A stretch of 64,000 nt of DNA from a virus (lineage: Duplodnaviria; Caudoviricetes). This document shows, piece by piece, positions 9,601 to 19,598 of this stretch. The notes under the pieces were generated by a model that ran no database searches, had not been told where the DNA came from, and worked only from the letters and a program-made list of their open reading frames with translations. Position 1 is the stretch's first letter. Each line of letters begins with the position of its first letter. The position numbers were made by a program, and so were the translations under genes. The stretch spans positions 5,661-69,660 of the IMG/VR virus record IMGVR_UViG_2974630753_000001. One strand, written 5' to 3'.

Positions 9601-12153
9601 GTTGACCAAGCCAATGCTCAAGGTCAAAACATGGGAGCTGCCTTTGCGCAAGGCATTGTTGACAGTGGAGATGAAGTTAGAAAAGCTTTGCTCCAATTGG
9701 CAACGCTTGCAGGCGATTACCTTGGAAATTCACCCGCCAAGTACGGTCCTCTTTCTGGCAAGGGCTGGACCCTAGAGCGAGGAAAAACGTTCACTCGTGC
9801 TTGGGCACAAGGCATTTCGTCTGAGTCCGGTAAGGCCAAGGGTGCTACGTCAAGCATGGTCATGGCTTCTGTTATGCCCTTTGACGATCAATTTGCTCAA
9901 TTCATCAAGGACATGCAGCAATTCAGCGATTTTGGTAAGCATGTCTTGGATTTCGTATCTCAGGTTACCGATACGGTTTTCAGCACTTTGACTTTGGCCA
10001 ATGATCTTTCTGGTGGTCGTCTTTTCCCCAAGACCTATGTAAACGATCCTGATGCAAAGAAGTCAGGAAATCGTCTCTCTCCGTGGAGTCCTGGTGGTAC
10101 ACAAGGAAATTCGCGTGGCTCTGGTAAAGCGTCCACTGGTGGACGGTTAACGGGAAAGCCCGGTGATCTGCCAGCGAACGCAAGCAAGCAACAGATTTCC
10201 GATTACATCATCGGTCGCGCTATGTCTCTTGGGTATTCGAGAGAGCAAGCCGAATACTTTGCGACACAAGCGTATGGGGAGAGTGGCTTTAACCCCAATG
10301 CCTCGAATCCTTCGGGGTGGGAAGGTATTTTCCAATTCGATAAGCCAACCTGGCAACAAGCCGGTGGTGGCGACATGTTCAATCCACAACAGAACATTGA
10401 CAATTATTTTAGGCTTGCTGCCCAACGTGGATTGACCCCCGAAAACTTTACTGACCCAACGCAATTGGGAACTCAGGTTTCAAAGGGTGGCCCATACCAT
10501 CCTCAAAACGCTGCCAAAGGTCACCTTGCTGCTGCACAAAAGGGAGTGCAGGAATACATCGACAATTACTCTCAACAGGCAGTAGACCAGGTTGCGGAAA
10601 CCGTTGCGAACAATGTGACCGGAGCTGTAACCGGTAGTGGCTCTTATGGGATTCCCGATGTCCCAATTAGCAAGGGCACCAACGTAGTTGTCCCCTACGG
10701 CGGGCAAGGATTCCCTGATTGGGTCTATCAAGTTGCTGATGCCTTTGGGCTTGAAGCAAGCACATATCTTGGTCACCAGACAAACGGGGCAAATGGAAAG
10801 ATTGCTTCTGGTCCGGTAGCACCAAACCCTCAGGGACTAAATCGCGGAATCGATTGGCGTCCAAAGGGATTGTCCCCCACAAGCAAAGAGGGTGCAGCAA
10901 GGCTTGATGCCTTTGCAAAATTCTTGCAAGGTTCTGGTGCTGCTGAGCAAGTTATTTGGGAAAATCCATCGGGTGAGCAATTTGGGTTCCCTTTTAATTC
11001 GGACTTCTCTGGCAACTACCCCGGTCACCGCGACCATCTGCACAGCCGTTTCTCAGCGCCAGTCACACTGCCCTCTGGCTTCACCCCAGGCGGGCCAACG
11101 CCGTCGTCGGGCACCAACACCCCAGTGCCAGTTACCATCTCGCCTACGGGCCAACAGGGCGTCATTCCTGTGGAGCCTACGGGAGCTTTCACCAGTAATT
11201 TAGGCCTTGGGCTTCCCGATGCCCTAAATAAGTTGGCAGAGAATGACTCTCAATTTGCACAGGCTGTGCTTGCAGCTCGTGGAGTTGGTGGGGGATTCAA
11301 TCAGGATGAAGTGATTCCGCTTCTGCAACATCTTGATTCGATGATTGCAGATCAAAACAACCTGAACACCCCGACCTCGAAAGAGACCATCAGTGCGCTT
11401 GAAACCATCCGTGGTGGAATTCTTTCGAACTATGGCCTCAAAGAGGGTGAAAGCCCGCTGGATGCCGCACAAAACGTGGCCAATGGTGTCTCTTCTATCG
11501 CAAGCGATATCTTTGGTGTTTTTGACTCGACTCTGAAATCTATTGAGAGTGCTAAGAATATCGGCGATACCCTGGTCCGTGGTATCGGGAATACCGAAGA
11601 TATCTACAACATTGTTGACAATGTTCAGAGCTTCATTGAACTTGGGCAGAGGATTGCTCAAACAGTAAGTGACGTAGCAGGTTTCGCTTCGTCTCTTGTT
11701 GGTGCTGCTGGATCAGGTGATCCTAGCGGTGGAAGTTCTGGTGTCGCAATGGCTTTGGGTGCAGTTTCCGGTATCTCTGGGATTGTTGCGCAAGCCTTGG
11801 GAGCGGTGAATACAGCCATCGATTTGGGCCAAGAGGCCTATCGATTGGTCACGAAATACGTTGGTAGATTCCTAACTTCGTGGTTCGGCTTCCCGGGAGC
11901 TTCTGACATTAATTACTTGCTCGATGAGGTCACCGGACAGCTTCAGGTCTACACATCCGAAAATCCGCAAATGAAAAACACCTTCAACACCCTTGGCAGG
12001 TCTTTGGGTGGAGACTACGGAACTAGAGTTGGTGCTCAAAATTCGTTCTACATCTATCAGGGACCGGGCCAAGACCCAAGAGACACAATGACTGATGCAA
12101 TGTTTGCAATTAAGTCTTCTGGACAGGGAGCATTTGGTTATGGCACAGAGTAG
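6634..12153 (+). CDS. Tape measure protein with internal peptidoglycan-hydrolase-like domains
   Basis: 1839 aa, Ala/Gly-rich helical tape-measure domain. Contains SLT-like ESGFNPNA...GIFQF and a TYLGH...GIDW...HRDHLH motif. Confidence 0.92.
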   Translation: MSMIDIGTATGKVRIEYESQGAAKVTKEFESVKKATQDAVVPFSTWADKIGLNAGALRQYNLIQKQVNEATKAARVFEQNLNNVRARSNSTLRENYRANMLQITATKSLEDLKKVAAQAQKELPMALATAGSRAAEEFSKNFEQQGILGVQKSSSKVGQVAGSALSLGLKAGVAAAAATAAAAIAGVGVAATQGFSRLERIDQANFKLKALGHSGNDVKKIMESANQAVDKTAYSLDAAATIAASAVAAGIKPGQQLTNYLTSVADAAAIAGVSLDQMGGIFNGIVATNRVYIGDLSALGNLGIPIIQALADEYGVSAAALSDMVTKGEVDSAHFLSAIQNNFGNAAKSMGDSISGAIANLKTAVARLGANFLAPLFGQTGSGDQGNSIALAVGKIRQAVDGLSNFLKSHQAGLIEFWSGFGKAALITSRVILNVISFISDSVVKITEVFGDTIGWAAQAAAGIADVFGGDGVAKNMREFADSMHALGSGLRENRDKNLPRFFNAIDSGWASILKWEEESKKAAGATDSLGDSANGAAPKVQTFMQALEELGITLQDARKGIEGSNEDFEAFLEQLADKGAPQDLIDTMKNLRQSFDQSGRGAKQFADAVQKLSDKTVSADDKANSLIDSLRTLGIIPAGEALQEYNKTLSEVTDAQANLVDVLDTTGGALIGQNGELNTSTKNGQTLFETIEKLRESMFELAASGEATPQEAWNRTHEALMLILNDFGIFGDQAEELIRKYLTDPHEFEVIYNSKNFGPVEQQLKSLFLQVESAREKGDNKIEFGLNIDEANAADLKKQIEQIGGIWRQYDPLTGTAIVEIPSNVDITAQREALERVWSQEPTKLASELNVTTKANDIVNEVVGGPGNALHIPTVLDVQNPEVVPGGTPGPSDSQGAEKNSPRPFQGPGLDPKTGQPIPLPPGPFNPESKLPDNWIVPDDLGGLLGGDGSYQLTQAQQESLVNLANNKEALDRALSENPAIAEQLKSLVDQANAQGQNMGAAFAQGIVDSGDEVRKALLQLATLAGDYLGNSPAKYGPLSGKGWTLERGKTFTRAWAQGISSESGKAKGATSSMVMASVMPFDDQFAQFIKDMQQFSDFGKHVLDFVSQVTDTVFSTLTLANDLSGGRLFPKTYVNDPDAKKSGNRLSPWSPGGTQGNSRGSGKASTGGRLTGKPGDLPANASKQQISDYIIGRAMSLGYSREQAEYFATQAYGESGFNPNASNPSGWEGIFQFDKPTWQQAGGGDMFNPQQNIDNYFRLAAQRGLTPENFTDPTQLGTQVSKGGPYHPQNAAKGHLAAAQKGVQEYIDNYSQQAVDQVAETVANNVTGAVTGSGSYGIPDVPISKGTNVVVPYGGQGFPDWVYQVADAFGLEASTYLGHQTNGANGKIASGPVAPNPQGLNRGIDWRPKGLSPTSKEGAARLDAFAKFLQGSGAAEQVIWENPSGEQFGFPFNSDFSGNYPGHRDHLHSRFSAPVTLPSGFTPGGPTPSSGTNTPVPVTISPTGQQGVIPVEPTGAFTSNLGLGLPDALNKLAENDSQFAQAVLAARGVGGGFNQDEVIPLLQHLDSMIADQNNLNTPTSKETISALETIRGGILSNYGLKEGESPLDAAQNVANGVSSIASDIFGVFDSTLKSIESAKNIGDTLVRGIGNTEDIYNIVDNVQSFIELGQRIAQTVSDVAGFASSLVGAAGSGDPSGGSSGVAMALGAVSGISGIVAQALGAVNTAIDLGQEAYRLVTKYVGRFLTSWFGFPGASDINYLLDEVTGQLQVYTSENPQMKNTFNTLGRSLGGDYGTRVGAQNSFYIYQGPGQDPRDTMTDAMFAIKSSGQGAFGYGTE

Positions 12154-13717
12154 GAATCTTGAGCCGGGTCAATACCAATTGGGAGACTTCGTCTTTGGAT
12201 ACGGAACTCTCTTTTCCGTAGAGACGTTTGACCCCATGGGTTATGATGTGAACGTTCAGGATTATCAATCTCAGCTTTCAGACGAGATTCGATTTGGGTC
12301 AGACTCGTTGAAGCCCTTGCCAATTCAGCTTGAAATCAACGCCTTCAGCAATAGACTCTTGGGAAACATTGCATCTTTGACTGGAGACACAAGAGAGCTG
12401 AACTTCGAAAACGACAGGCGCATAGGCGAATTCACTAGAGAGTGGAGGGCCGATGAGATTCGAGGGAAGTGGGGAGAGCTTAAACCACTTCACATTTGCC
12501 GCAAAGATGGCCGCGTTGTTCAGGTTTTCGGAAGGCCAGGAAAGCTGGCAGTAAGCAAGCCTGACCGAGAAGGCATGAGAAAAGTTGTCGCTGAATTTAG
12601 GCGTTCAGATACGTTGTACTACAACGACTTTGAATGGTATCTCCAGGTTCGCGAGGGAGAAGTTGCAACCGTATATCGACCATACGAATTGGATATGGGA
12701 GATGGAGACTCCTGGCTTCGATTTTTGATTGTTGGCCCGATGAAAAACCCAATCATCCAAGTTGGTTCAATCACAATCAATTTGGTGCATGAGCTTGAAC
12801 CGGGCGAAATTGTCGAAATCAGCTCCTACCCCTGGGCCCGGCGGGCTATCCGACTAAATGATGGTCTTTCCTTAAATGCCAAGGTAACTCAACCGTACCT
12901 CGAAAAACTAAGCTTTCCCCCGAACACTCCGATCAAGGTTTCTTGGAATGCAACTGACACCAACACTCAGATTGAACTAGTTGACTTCTCAGAGGAATTC
13001 GAGACCGAAGAGGGCTTGAACCCTGACGATTGGACAGAGACCACATATCAGGGCAGCACCGATGGTGGTTGGAAGATTGATAACGGAGTTCTCACGTGGG
13101 ACGATAGCGGCAATGGAAATCGTTCTGCCACAAGTATTTTCAACAAACCGTCGTTGACTCCATATCAGTCTGTCGGTATGACCTTGGCCACCCCGCCGGA
13201 AGGATCATTGCTTGGGAGTGAAGAGTGCAGTAACCGAATCATTGGGCGTAGCAACGAAGATGGAACTGAGTATCTTTATTGGGACTTGACTTACACAAAG
13301 GCTTGGTTCGGTCATCACAAAGATGGCGAAGATACGATACTCAGTGAAATCTATTCTCTCCCAAGGGTTATGAACCTTTTGCAGACTATTCTCGGTGCTC
13401 TTTTTGGTCCGATTTTTGGCTCTGGTCTCCCGAACAATAATTGGAAGTATGACGTTGAGTTTGGCACTGGTGCAGGGGAATTCAGTTCTACCTTGAAGAT
13501 AAACGATCACTTTGGGGTGACCTTCACTCCCGAGTCGGAGCTAGAGATTCCAAGTGCCAACCTTTACACTGGTCTTGGAATGCGAGCGACCACAAGGGCT
13601 TTGGGTCAATCAACACCAGGAACAGTATCGGAGTGGCACATGAGGGACAATTCTCCTGAGCCCATTGATGTTTCGGCTGTTTATATGTTTTGGCGTGACG
13701 CTTGGCAGAACCTATGA
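12140..13717 (+). CDS. Minor tail protein (distal-tail-like)
   Basis: First gene after tape measure; ends in the typical MFWRDAW. Confidence 0.75.
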   Translation: MAQSRNLEPGQYQLGDFVFGYGTLFSVETFDPMGYDVNVQDYQSQLSDEIRFGSDSLKPLPIQLEINAFSNRLLGNIASLTGDTRELNFENDRRIGEFTREWRADEIRGKWGELKPLHICRKDGRVVQVFGRPGKLAVSKPDREGMRKVVAEFRRSDTLYYNDFEWYLQVREGEVATVYRPYELDMGDGDSWLRFLIVGPMKNPIIQVGSITINLVHELEPGEIVEISSYPWARRAIRLNDGLSLNAKVTQPYLEKLSFPPNTPIKVSWNATDTNTQIELVDFSEEFETEEGLNPDDWTETTYQGSTDGGWKIDNGVLTWDDSGNGNRSATSIFNKPSLTPYQSVGMTLATPPEGSLLGSEECSNRIIGRSNEDGTEYLYWDLTYTKAWFGHHKDGEDTILSEIYSLPRVMNLLQTILGALFGPIFGSGLPNNNWKYDVEFGTGAGEFSSTLKINDHFGVTFTPESELEIPSANLYTGLGMRATTRALGQSTPGTVSEWHMRDNSPEPIDVSAVYMFWRDAWQNL

Positions 13718-14886
13718 GCTACGCCAATAAGTTTCGATTTGTCATCGAAGATGTTCACGGGAACATCTTAGCGAGAGATGTTGTGGCGCAAGGTGTTCAG
13801 GTAGTGCGTCAACTTTCCGGCCCCTGCCAAATCGAGTTCCAAGTTCACCCAAAAGAACCAAGCATTCAGCATCCCGACGGCTCTGGTCCTATTCAGCTAA
13901 AGCCTTGGGGCCATTGGATTCACGCGATTCGTGATGGTCTCGATGGAGAAGAAATCGTTTGGGCCAGCGGAATCATGCAACCGTCTGATGTCGATCCGAC
14001 AACGGGTATCTTGCAGTTAAAGGCAGAGGGTTTCAGCAATTATCCCAAAGGGATTCCGTGGCTTCAGAATTGGAACCCCATTGCTGTTGATCCGTTCGAG
14101 ATTGTGACTCGAATCTGGAACCACATTCAAGCTCAAGAAAACGGAAATCTCGGAGTTACTGTGTATCCCACTTCTAGTGGGACACAGATGCTTCCGGGCT
14201 TTTCCTTCAACAATGAACAGATGGTTCAAGATTTCTTTGCAATCTTCATTAGGGCCGTGGATCGTCTCGACTGTGGTGACTACATCTCAAAGTTGGCTAG
14301 AGACATACCTTTTGACTTTCTTGAAGAGAGTTCTTGGACCGAAGATCGAACCGGCATCACTAAGAAAATCCACCTTGGGTACCCGAAAGTTGGTGTGTAC
14401 CAGACGGATTTGACTTTTAGACTTGGCGAGAACGTAAACGCTTGCACCCCAAAGCAACCCAGTGAAATCGAGTGGACTTCAGGATTCACGTACAAGGGTT
14501 ATTTCCCCGGGAAAGAGTATTACGCAAGTTTTGAAAACGCTGACCCTGACCGCTACCGGCGGGTCATGGACGAAGAAGACCTGAACATTGACTCAAATGA
14601 ACGTGCAAAGGCTTGGGCCAGAAGAAAACTCACTCGGAGACAGATTCCACATTACTTTGAGTCAGTAGTCATTGATCCGTATCATCCCAATGCACCTTTT
14701 GGGTCTTTTGATGTTGGAGACTCGATTGACATTCAAGGCCCAATGCCTTGGGTGGGAGATGTGAAGCAAGAGCATAAAATTTTGATGCATATTTGGGACG
14801 AGACGAAAGGTGTTGTAGAGCTGAAGACTATGGCTGAAGGTGCCTTCAACTATGATCCAATCGAATACATTCCTCAGGGAGGATGA
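13714..14886 (+). CDS. Minor tail protein (baseplate hub-like)
   Basis: Second gene after tape measure, ATGA overlap, ~390 aa. Confidence 0.7.
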   Translation: MSYANKFRFVIEDVHGNILARDVVAQGVQVVRQLSGPCQIEFQVHPKEPSIQHPDGSGPIQLKPWGHWIHAIRDGLDGEEIVWASGIMQPSDVDPTTGILQLKAEGFSNYPKGIPWLQNWNPIAVDPFEIVTRIWNHIQAQENGNLGVTVYPTSSGTQMLPGFSFNNEQMVQDFFAIFIRAVDRLDCGDYISKLARDIPFDFLEESSWTEDRTGITKKIHLGYPKVGVYQTDLTFRLGENVNACTPKQPSEIEWTSGFTYKGYFPGKEYYASFENADPDRYRRVMDEEDLNIDSNERAKAWARRKLTRRQIPHYFESVVIDPYHPNAPFGSFDVGDSIDIQGPMPWVGDVKQEHKILMHIWDETKGVVELKTMAEGAFNYDPIEYIPQGG

Positions 14887-14892
14887 TCGTCA

Positions 14893-17800
14893 ATGACTGG
14901 CTTTTTTAGTCAAGCTGGCTTTGGTGGCCCGCCTGGTGGAGGTTCGGTTGAGTCGAAGGCTCTTCGCCAAATCGACTCTCGCACAAAGAGTTTCGCCAAT
15001 AAAGACTTTGTCAAAAACATTGCTTGGCTGAATCAGTCTGTTGACACACTGAGCGCTTATACCCAAAAGCTGCAAAAGGGTGTAGACGCTGCGAATCAGA
15101 ATGCTCTTGAGCAGATTTTGAGTTTCGCAGCTGACCTCTTTGTCCTCTTTGGTGGAGGCGAGCCGACCGGGATTGACCTTGGAGATTTGAAGTATGTAAT
15201 CCAAGGTATTGGTGCGCTTTTGGGCATCAATCCTGACACTCCGTTCCCCCTCAACCTTTTTGACGCAGCATGGAATCTCTTTGGGACTTACGTTGTCCCG
15301 CTTGAACAATTCACTGATGTTGTCTTCGATGCCATTACAGCTTGGGCTGAAGACTTCGGTCTATCTCCTGAACTTATCGAATCAATCCAAGACCTCAAAG
15401 ATGCCATCGAGGCTTTGGGCACAACGTTTTCCGATTTCTTTAACTCTCTTCACGATCTACTCTCTATCTTTGGGACCAACTTTCCAGTCCTAGGAGAGTT
15501 TTGGGATGCTTTGGTGGATTTGCTTACCGGAGTTGACATCTCAGGGTTGAAGCCTGTTATTTCGATGCTGGCCGATCTGGGCATACCGTTCATTCAAGCT
15601 CTTACAGCAATTGTCAACGCAGGCAATGCTTTTCTGACTCCATTCTCAAAGATCAGCGGGAGTCAGATTGCGACGCTTGGGGATAACGTAGTTCCTCCAG
15701 CTAGCAATAACACCACAATTTGGACTGTCGGCATTGACACTACAAATACGTGGGCTTATGACTCTACCCAAGAGGCCTTCACTACCCTTGGCACTGGAAC
15801 CTCAAAACAAGTTGATACTCAAGGGATTTCGCCTTGCAACCCTGGGGCTGAGTTTGTTACTGCGGCCAAGATTCGATGGTCTGGAATCCCAAGCTCTGCC
15901 AATGGCTTTGGGTATCAGATCATTTGGTATCTGAATCAAACAGAAGTCTCTCGCACTTCAGTAAATATTCCATCAGGACATGGGTCCAGTTCTGCTGGAA
16001 CATCTTTCGTTCAGATGGCGAATAATTCAATCATTGTGCCGCAGAACGTAAATGGCTTCAAGGTTGCAGGGTACGTTAATGGCACAATCACTTCAGGGCA
16101 AGTATGGATCAAAGACATCAGTGTTCGCATTGCTGGAAAAATCTCAAAGGGAATCATTGATGGTATTGAGGATTTTCTCACTGGCCTCTCTCCGATCAAT
16201 GCTCGAAATCTCTTTGGATTGTTGCCCGCCAACATCTTTAGCGCGATTCCCATCAGCGCTCTTGGGGACCACCAACCGAACCTATGGCCATTGGGTATGT
16301 TCCCGAATGCGAATGTCATTGATGGCAAGGGGATTTGGACGTTCGATGACACGGTTAAGAGAACTGAAGATGGTACCGGGTCTGTTCGCGTTGTGGCAGA
16401 TGGAACACCAAAAGCTTTGCGTGGCATTGAAACTCCGGTCATGCCAAAGCAAACAATCAGGCCTTCGGTTTTCGTACATTGGGACGAGTACCTTGGCTCT
16501 GGTGCCCCAATTCAGTTGCACCTAGCCCTTTACAAGCAAACCTCTGTCGATGAAAACCTAAACCCTGTCTATACCTTTCAGGGTTATCATGTGGTCGACT
16601 CTTTCACTCCCGGTTCATCTTCCGGTGGGTGGGTAGAGCTTTCGGGAGAGTACACAATTCCCGATACAGATGTTGACATGGTCAAAGGTCGTCTTTACAT
16701 CGGACCTCAAGCATTGGGTGGCACAATACATTTCGATGATGCTTCTGCTAGGCAGATTCGAAAGATGTTGCAAGAGTGGGTCGAAGGTCTCCCTGAAGTA
16801 ATTCAAGATACCTTTGCACGTTGGCAGTTGACGGTAGATACGATTGTTAATGCCATCAGGAACACCAACATCTTTGGTTACGAACTCGAAGATATAGCAA
16901 CAGCTTTGAGGAACATCCCGGCCCTAAACATTCTTGGCTTGCTTGGGCCAGAAACCATCGAAGAGACAATTCAAGAGTTGGTCAACGCAGCGGTCGGCGG
17001 GCTAGTTGGGCTTCCTGGCGTAGGTGCAAGTCTCGCAGACCTTTTCAACATGCTTCAACAAATTAGCTCTTGGGCTACTCAGGGACGTTGGTCTTGGGAG
17101 CTTTGGGGTAGGCGAGACAATACCCCGATTGACTCTGGTCTAATTCCTTCCAGCACTTCAAATTTCAAAATCAACTACATCAACACCACTCTTGCTTGCA
17201 CTCAGGCAAATTCTCTGATTGCAGCCATTAGGGTTGAGCAGTCGGCCCCGCTAGGTGTTGTCTCATGGCTTGGTTATGGTTCTGCTGGAATCACAGCGTT
17301 TTACGTCAACATCTGGAAGATCAATAAGACCACCGCAGCTCGCGAACGAGTTCATCACTCTGCGGATGTTAAATCAATCCTCCACCCTGGAAGTACCGAT
17401 GCTGATATCGGCTGGAACTTCTATTTCCTCCCAGAACCTTTGGAGCGCAACGCAGAAGATGAGCTTTTCTTTGAGTTGGTTCCTGTTGGTGGCACCCATT
17501 ACGTTCGCGGCGTCGATACTGAAGATACGATTCCAGACCATCCCTACGCATTGACGAAAGGCCTTGCGGCAACTAGGAATAACACCACAAACCCGGATAA
17601 TCCTCCTGCCAGCATTAGCCTGGCCTCTTGGACAACCTCTAGCAAGGTTCCATGGATTGAAACCGCAATTGATGTGGTCAGTGGAAATAACAACTATGAT
17701 CCGGTTATTCTTGAATTTGAAGACACAGTAACGATTCCGATTCCTTCATGGGTCAACTACGTTGACGTTATCCCATGTAGCGAAGGTGGAGACGGCGATA

Positions 17801-18384
17801 ATGGGGCAACCCTAAACTTCAATGGAAGGCCAGGAACACCAGCGAAAATCGTTGCGACAACATATATTCGGGAAACTCACTTTACCGGAGATGCAACACT
17901 CACCTTCAATAAGGAAAGTGGGGTCGCTAGCTTTACCGTTGGCGCACATAGCATTTCATCTCCAAAGGGAACAAACGGCTCTGGACAGGTATTTGGTGGT
18001 AGCACAACCGGAAAGGGTGCTGGTCCATTTACCTATAAAGGCCAGGTCTACCTCCACGAGTCGGGAGACCAAAAGGTTTCTGGTAGAGCAGGAACAAACC
18101 CAGGCGGTGGCGGTGCTGGTGGAAATGGCTTGCTAATTCCTCAGTCTGGCGGTAACGGTGGAAAAGCCAAGGGATGGGCCAAGTTTAGGCAATCTCCGGT
18201 AGAAGACGAGGGAGATATCTTTGACACGATACCTCCGAGCGCTCCCGACATTGAAGTTGTTGAGGTAAGCTTCAGTTCGATCACGGTTGAGCTGGACTCC
18301 CCTGACCCTGACGTGGCGGGATACGACATCTTTGTTGATGGAATTCAGGTCAACGATCAATTAATTCCGGAAGAGGATGAGTAA
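14893..18384 (+). CDS. Large minor tail protein (carbohydrate-binding-like and Gly-rich domains; ends in half an FN3 domain)
   Basis: 1163 aa. Gly-rich GGGGAGGNG segment; C-terminus DTIPPSAP...GYDIFVDG. Confidence 0.8.
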   Translation: MTGFFSQAGFGGPPGGGSVESKALRQIDSRTKSFANKDFVKNIAWLNQSVDTLSAYTQKLQKGVDAANQNALEQILSFAADLFVLFGGGEPTGIDLGDLKYVIQGIGALLGINPDTPFPLNLFDAAWNLFGTYVVPLEQFTDVVFDAITAWAEDFGLSPELIESIQDLKDAIEALGTTFSDFFNSLHDLLSIFGTNFPVLGEFWDALVDLLTGVDISGLKPVISMLADLGIPFIQALTAIVNAGNAFLTPFSKISGSQIATLGDNVVPPASNNTTIWTVGIDTTNTWAYDSTQEAFTTLGTGTSKQVDTQGISPCNPGAEFVTAAKIRWSGIPSSANGFGYQIIWYLNQTEVSRTSVNIPSGHGSSSAGTSFVQMANNSIIVPQNVNGFKVAGYVNGTITSGQVWIKDISVRIAGKISKGIIDGIEDFLTGLSPINARNLFGLLPANIFSAIPISALGDHQPNLWPLGMFPNANVIDGKGIWTFDDTVKRTEDGTGSVRVVADGTPKALRGIETPVMPKQTIRPSVFVHWDEYLGSGAPIQLHLALYKQTSVDENLNPVYTFQGYHVVDSFTPGSSSGGWVELSGEYTIPDTDVDMVKGRLYIGPQALGGTIHFDDASARQIRKMLQEWVEGLPEVIQDTFARWQLTVDTIVNAIRNTNIFGYELEDIATALRNIPALNILGLLGPETIEETIQELVNAAVGGLVGLPGVGASLADLFNMLQQISSWATQGRWSWELWGRRDNTPIDSGLIPSSTSNFKINYINTTLACTQANSLIAAIRVEQSAPLGVVSWLGYGSAGITAFYVNIWKINKTTAARERVHHSADVKSILHPGSTDADIGWNFYFLPEPLERNAEDELFFELVPVGGTHYVRGVDTEDTIPDHPYALTKGLAATRNNTTNPDNPPASISLASWTTSSKVPWIETAIDVVSGNNNYDPVILEFEDTVTIPIPSWVNYVDVIPCSEGGDGDNGATLNFNGRPGTPAKIVATTYIRETHFTGDATLTFNKESGVASFTVGAHSISSPKGTNGSGQVFGGSTTGKGAGPFTYKGQVYLHESGDQKVSGRAGTNPGGGGAGGNGLLIPQSGGNGGKAKGWAKFRQSPVEDEGDIFDTIPPSAPDIEVVEVSFSSITVELDSPDPDVAGYDIFVDGIQVNDQLIPEEDE

Positions 18385-19598
18385 TGCCAGCAAGATTCAA
18401 AATCACTGGCTTGCAGTCAAATACACCCGTAGAGATCACTGCAAGGGCCATTGATAGAACTGGAAACGTCTCTGACACAACGACTCACGATCCTGTGTCA
18501 ACTCTGGAACATACATCAGAGGACCCAATGTTGCCGGAACATGAAGCGGTGATTGATAACATCATTAACGCAACGATGGAAGTCTCCGGTGCCCCTGGTG
18601 TAATTTTCGGAATGTCAGGACCACTGGGACGATTGACTAAAGCCTACGGGAAACACGCAAATGTCAACCGTCCCTTGACAATCGATGATCATTATCGAAT
18701 TGCCTCTAGCACAAAGCTTTTCGTCTCTCTGGCATTCTGGATGCAGTTTGAACAAGGTCGAATCTCCTTGGATGACAAGCTAAGCGACTATGTTTCTGGC
18801 ATTCCAAATGGAGATACCATCACGATAAAAAATCTGATGGACATGCGTTCTGGCATAGCTGATTTCGCGCAAAACCTACTTGTTCAAATCATCTTCACCC
18901 TCTTCCCTACTTGGGGGTGGACCGATGCAGAAAAAGATGCCCTTGGATTTATCAAGGGAACCCCAATGTTCCAGCCAGGAACCAACTATCACTACACCAA
19001 CGGGAACACAATCCTTTTGGGGATGTGCCTGAGAGCAGTTGACCCACAGCATCGACACATCAAAACGATCATTCAAGAGGACATCTTGAATCCCCTTGGT
19101 ATGACTGAAACTTCGTGGCCAAAAGATGCAGTGATTCCCCTTCCGAGAGCCGCTGATCAAAAAGTCAACCCAGAACTGTACGGTGCAGGCGGGGCAATGG
19201 TTTCAACGGTTACCGATATGCTGACCTTCGGAGAAGCGTTGAGAGACCATGTCTTGATCGGTGAAGACACATTTGATTTTTGGATGAACGACCTAAGTCA
19301 TTATTGGCGTTATGCTGGACCTTTCATCAATCCCCCGCCGAATTACTTTGGATATGGCCTGTTTACGGAGATTACCGGCACTTGGCGCGGTCACAACGGC
19401 ATCATTGATGGATGGATTCACCAGGTCGGTTTTGACACTGTGAGCGGTTCTGTTCTTGTGGTTTCAGAAAACAAGCTCACATCCAAACCTGCTGTCGCAG
19501 CTGGCTATACAGTCATCTTCCATGATATTGCAGCAGAGCTGTTGCCAGGGTCCATGGACGACCAAGACATTCCAGTGCCACCGGAGTTACAGCAATGA
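18384..19598 (+). CDS. Virion-associated serine hydrolase (beta-lactamase / D-Ala-D-Ala carboxypeptidase fold)
   Basis: Motifs SxxK (IASSTK), YxN (YHYTN) and HxG (GHNG); embedded in tail genes. Confidence 0.85.
   Translation: MPARFKITGLQSNTPVEITARAIDRTGNVSDTTTHDPVSTLEHTSEDPMLPEHEAVIDNIINATMEVSGAPGVIFGMSGPLGRLTKAYGKHANVNRPLTIDDHYRIASSTKLFVSLAFWMQFEQGRISLDDKLSDYVSGIPNGDTITIKNLMDMRSGIADFAQNLLVQIIFTLFPTWGWTDAEKDALGFIKGTPMFQPGTNYHYTNGNTILLGMCLRAVDPQHRHIKTIIQEDILNPLGMTETSWPKDAVIPLPRAADQKVNPELYGAGGAMVSTVTDMLTFGEALRDHVLIGEDTFDFWMNDLSHYWRYAGPFINPPPNYFGYGLFTEITGTWRGHNGIIDGWIHQVGFDTVSGSVLVVSENKLTSKPAVAAGYTVIFHDIAAELLPGSMDDQDIPVPPELQQ

Noticed and set aside
18384-19598. Antibiotic-resistance beta-lactamase
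   Set aside because: The fold is shared with D-Ala-D-Ala carboxypeptidases. It sits within the tail genes and has no secretion signal, so a virion hydrolase is the better call.
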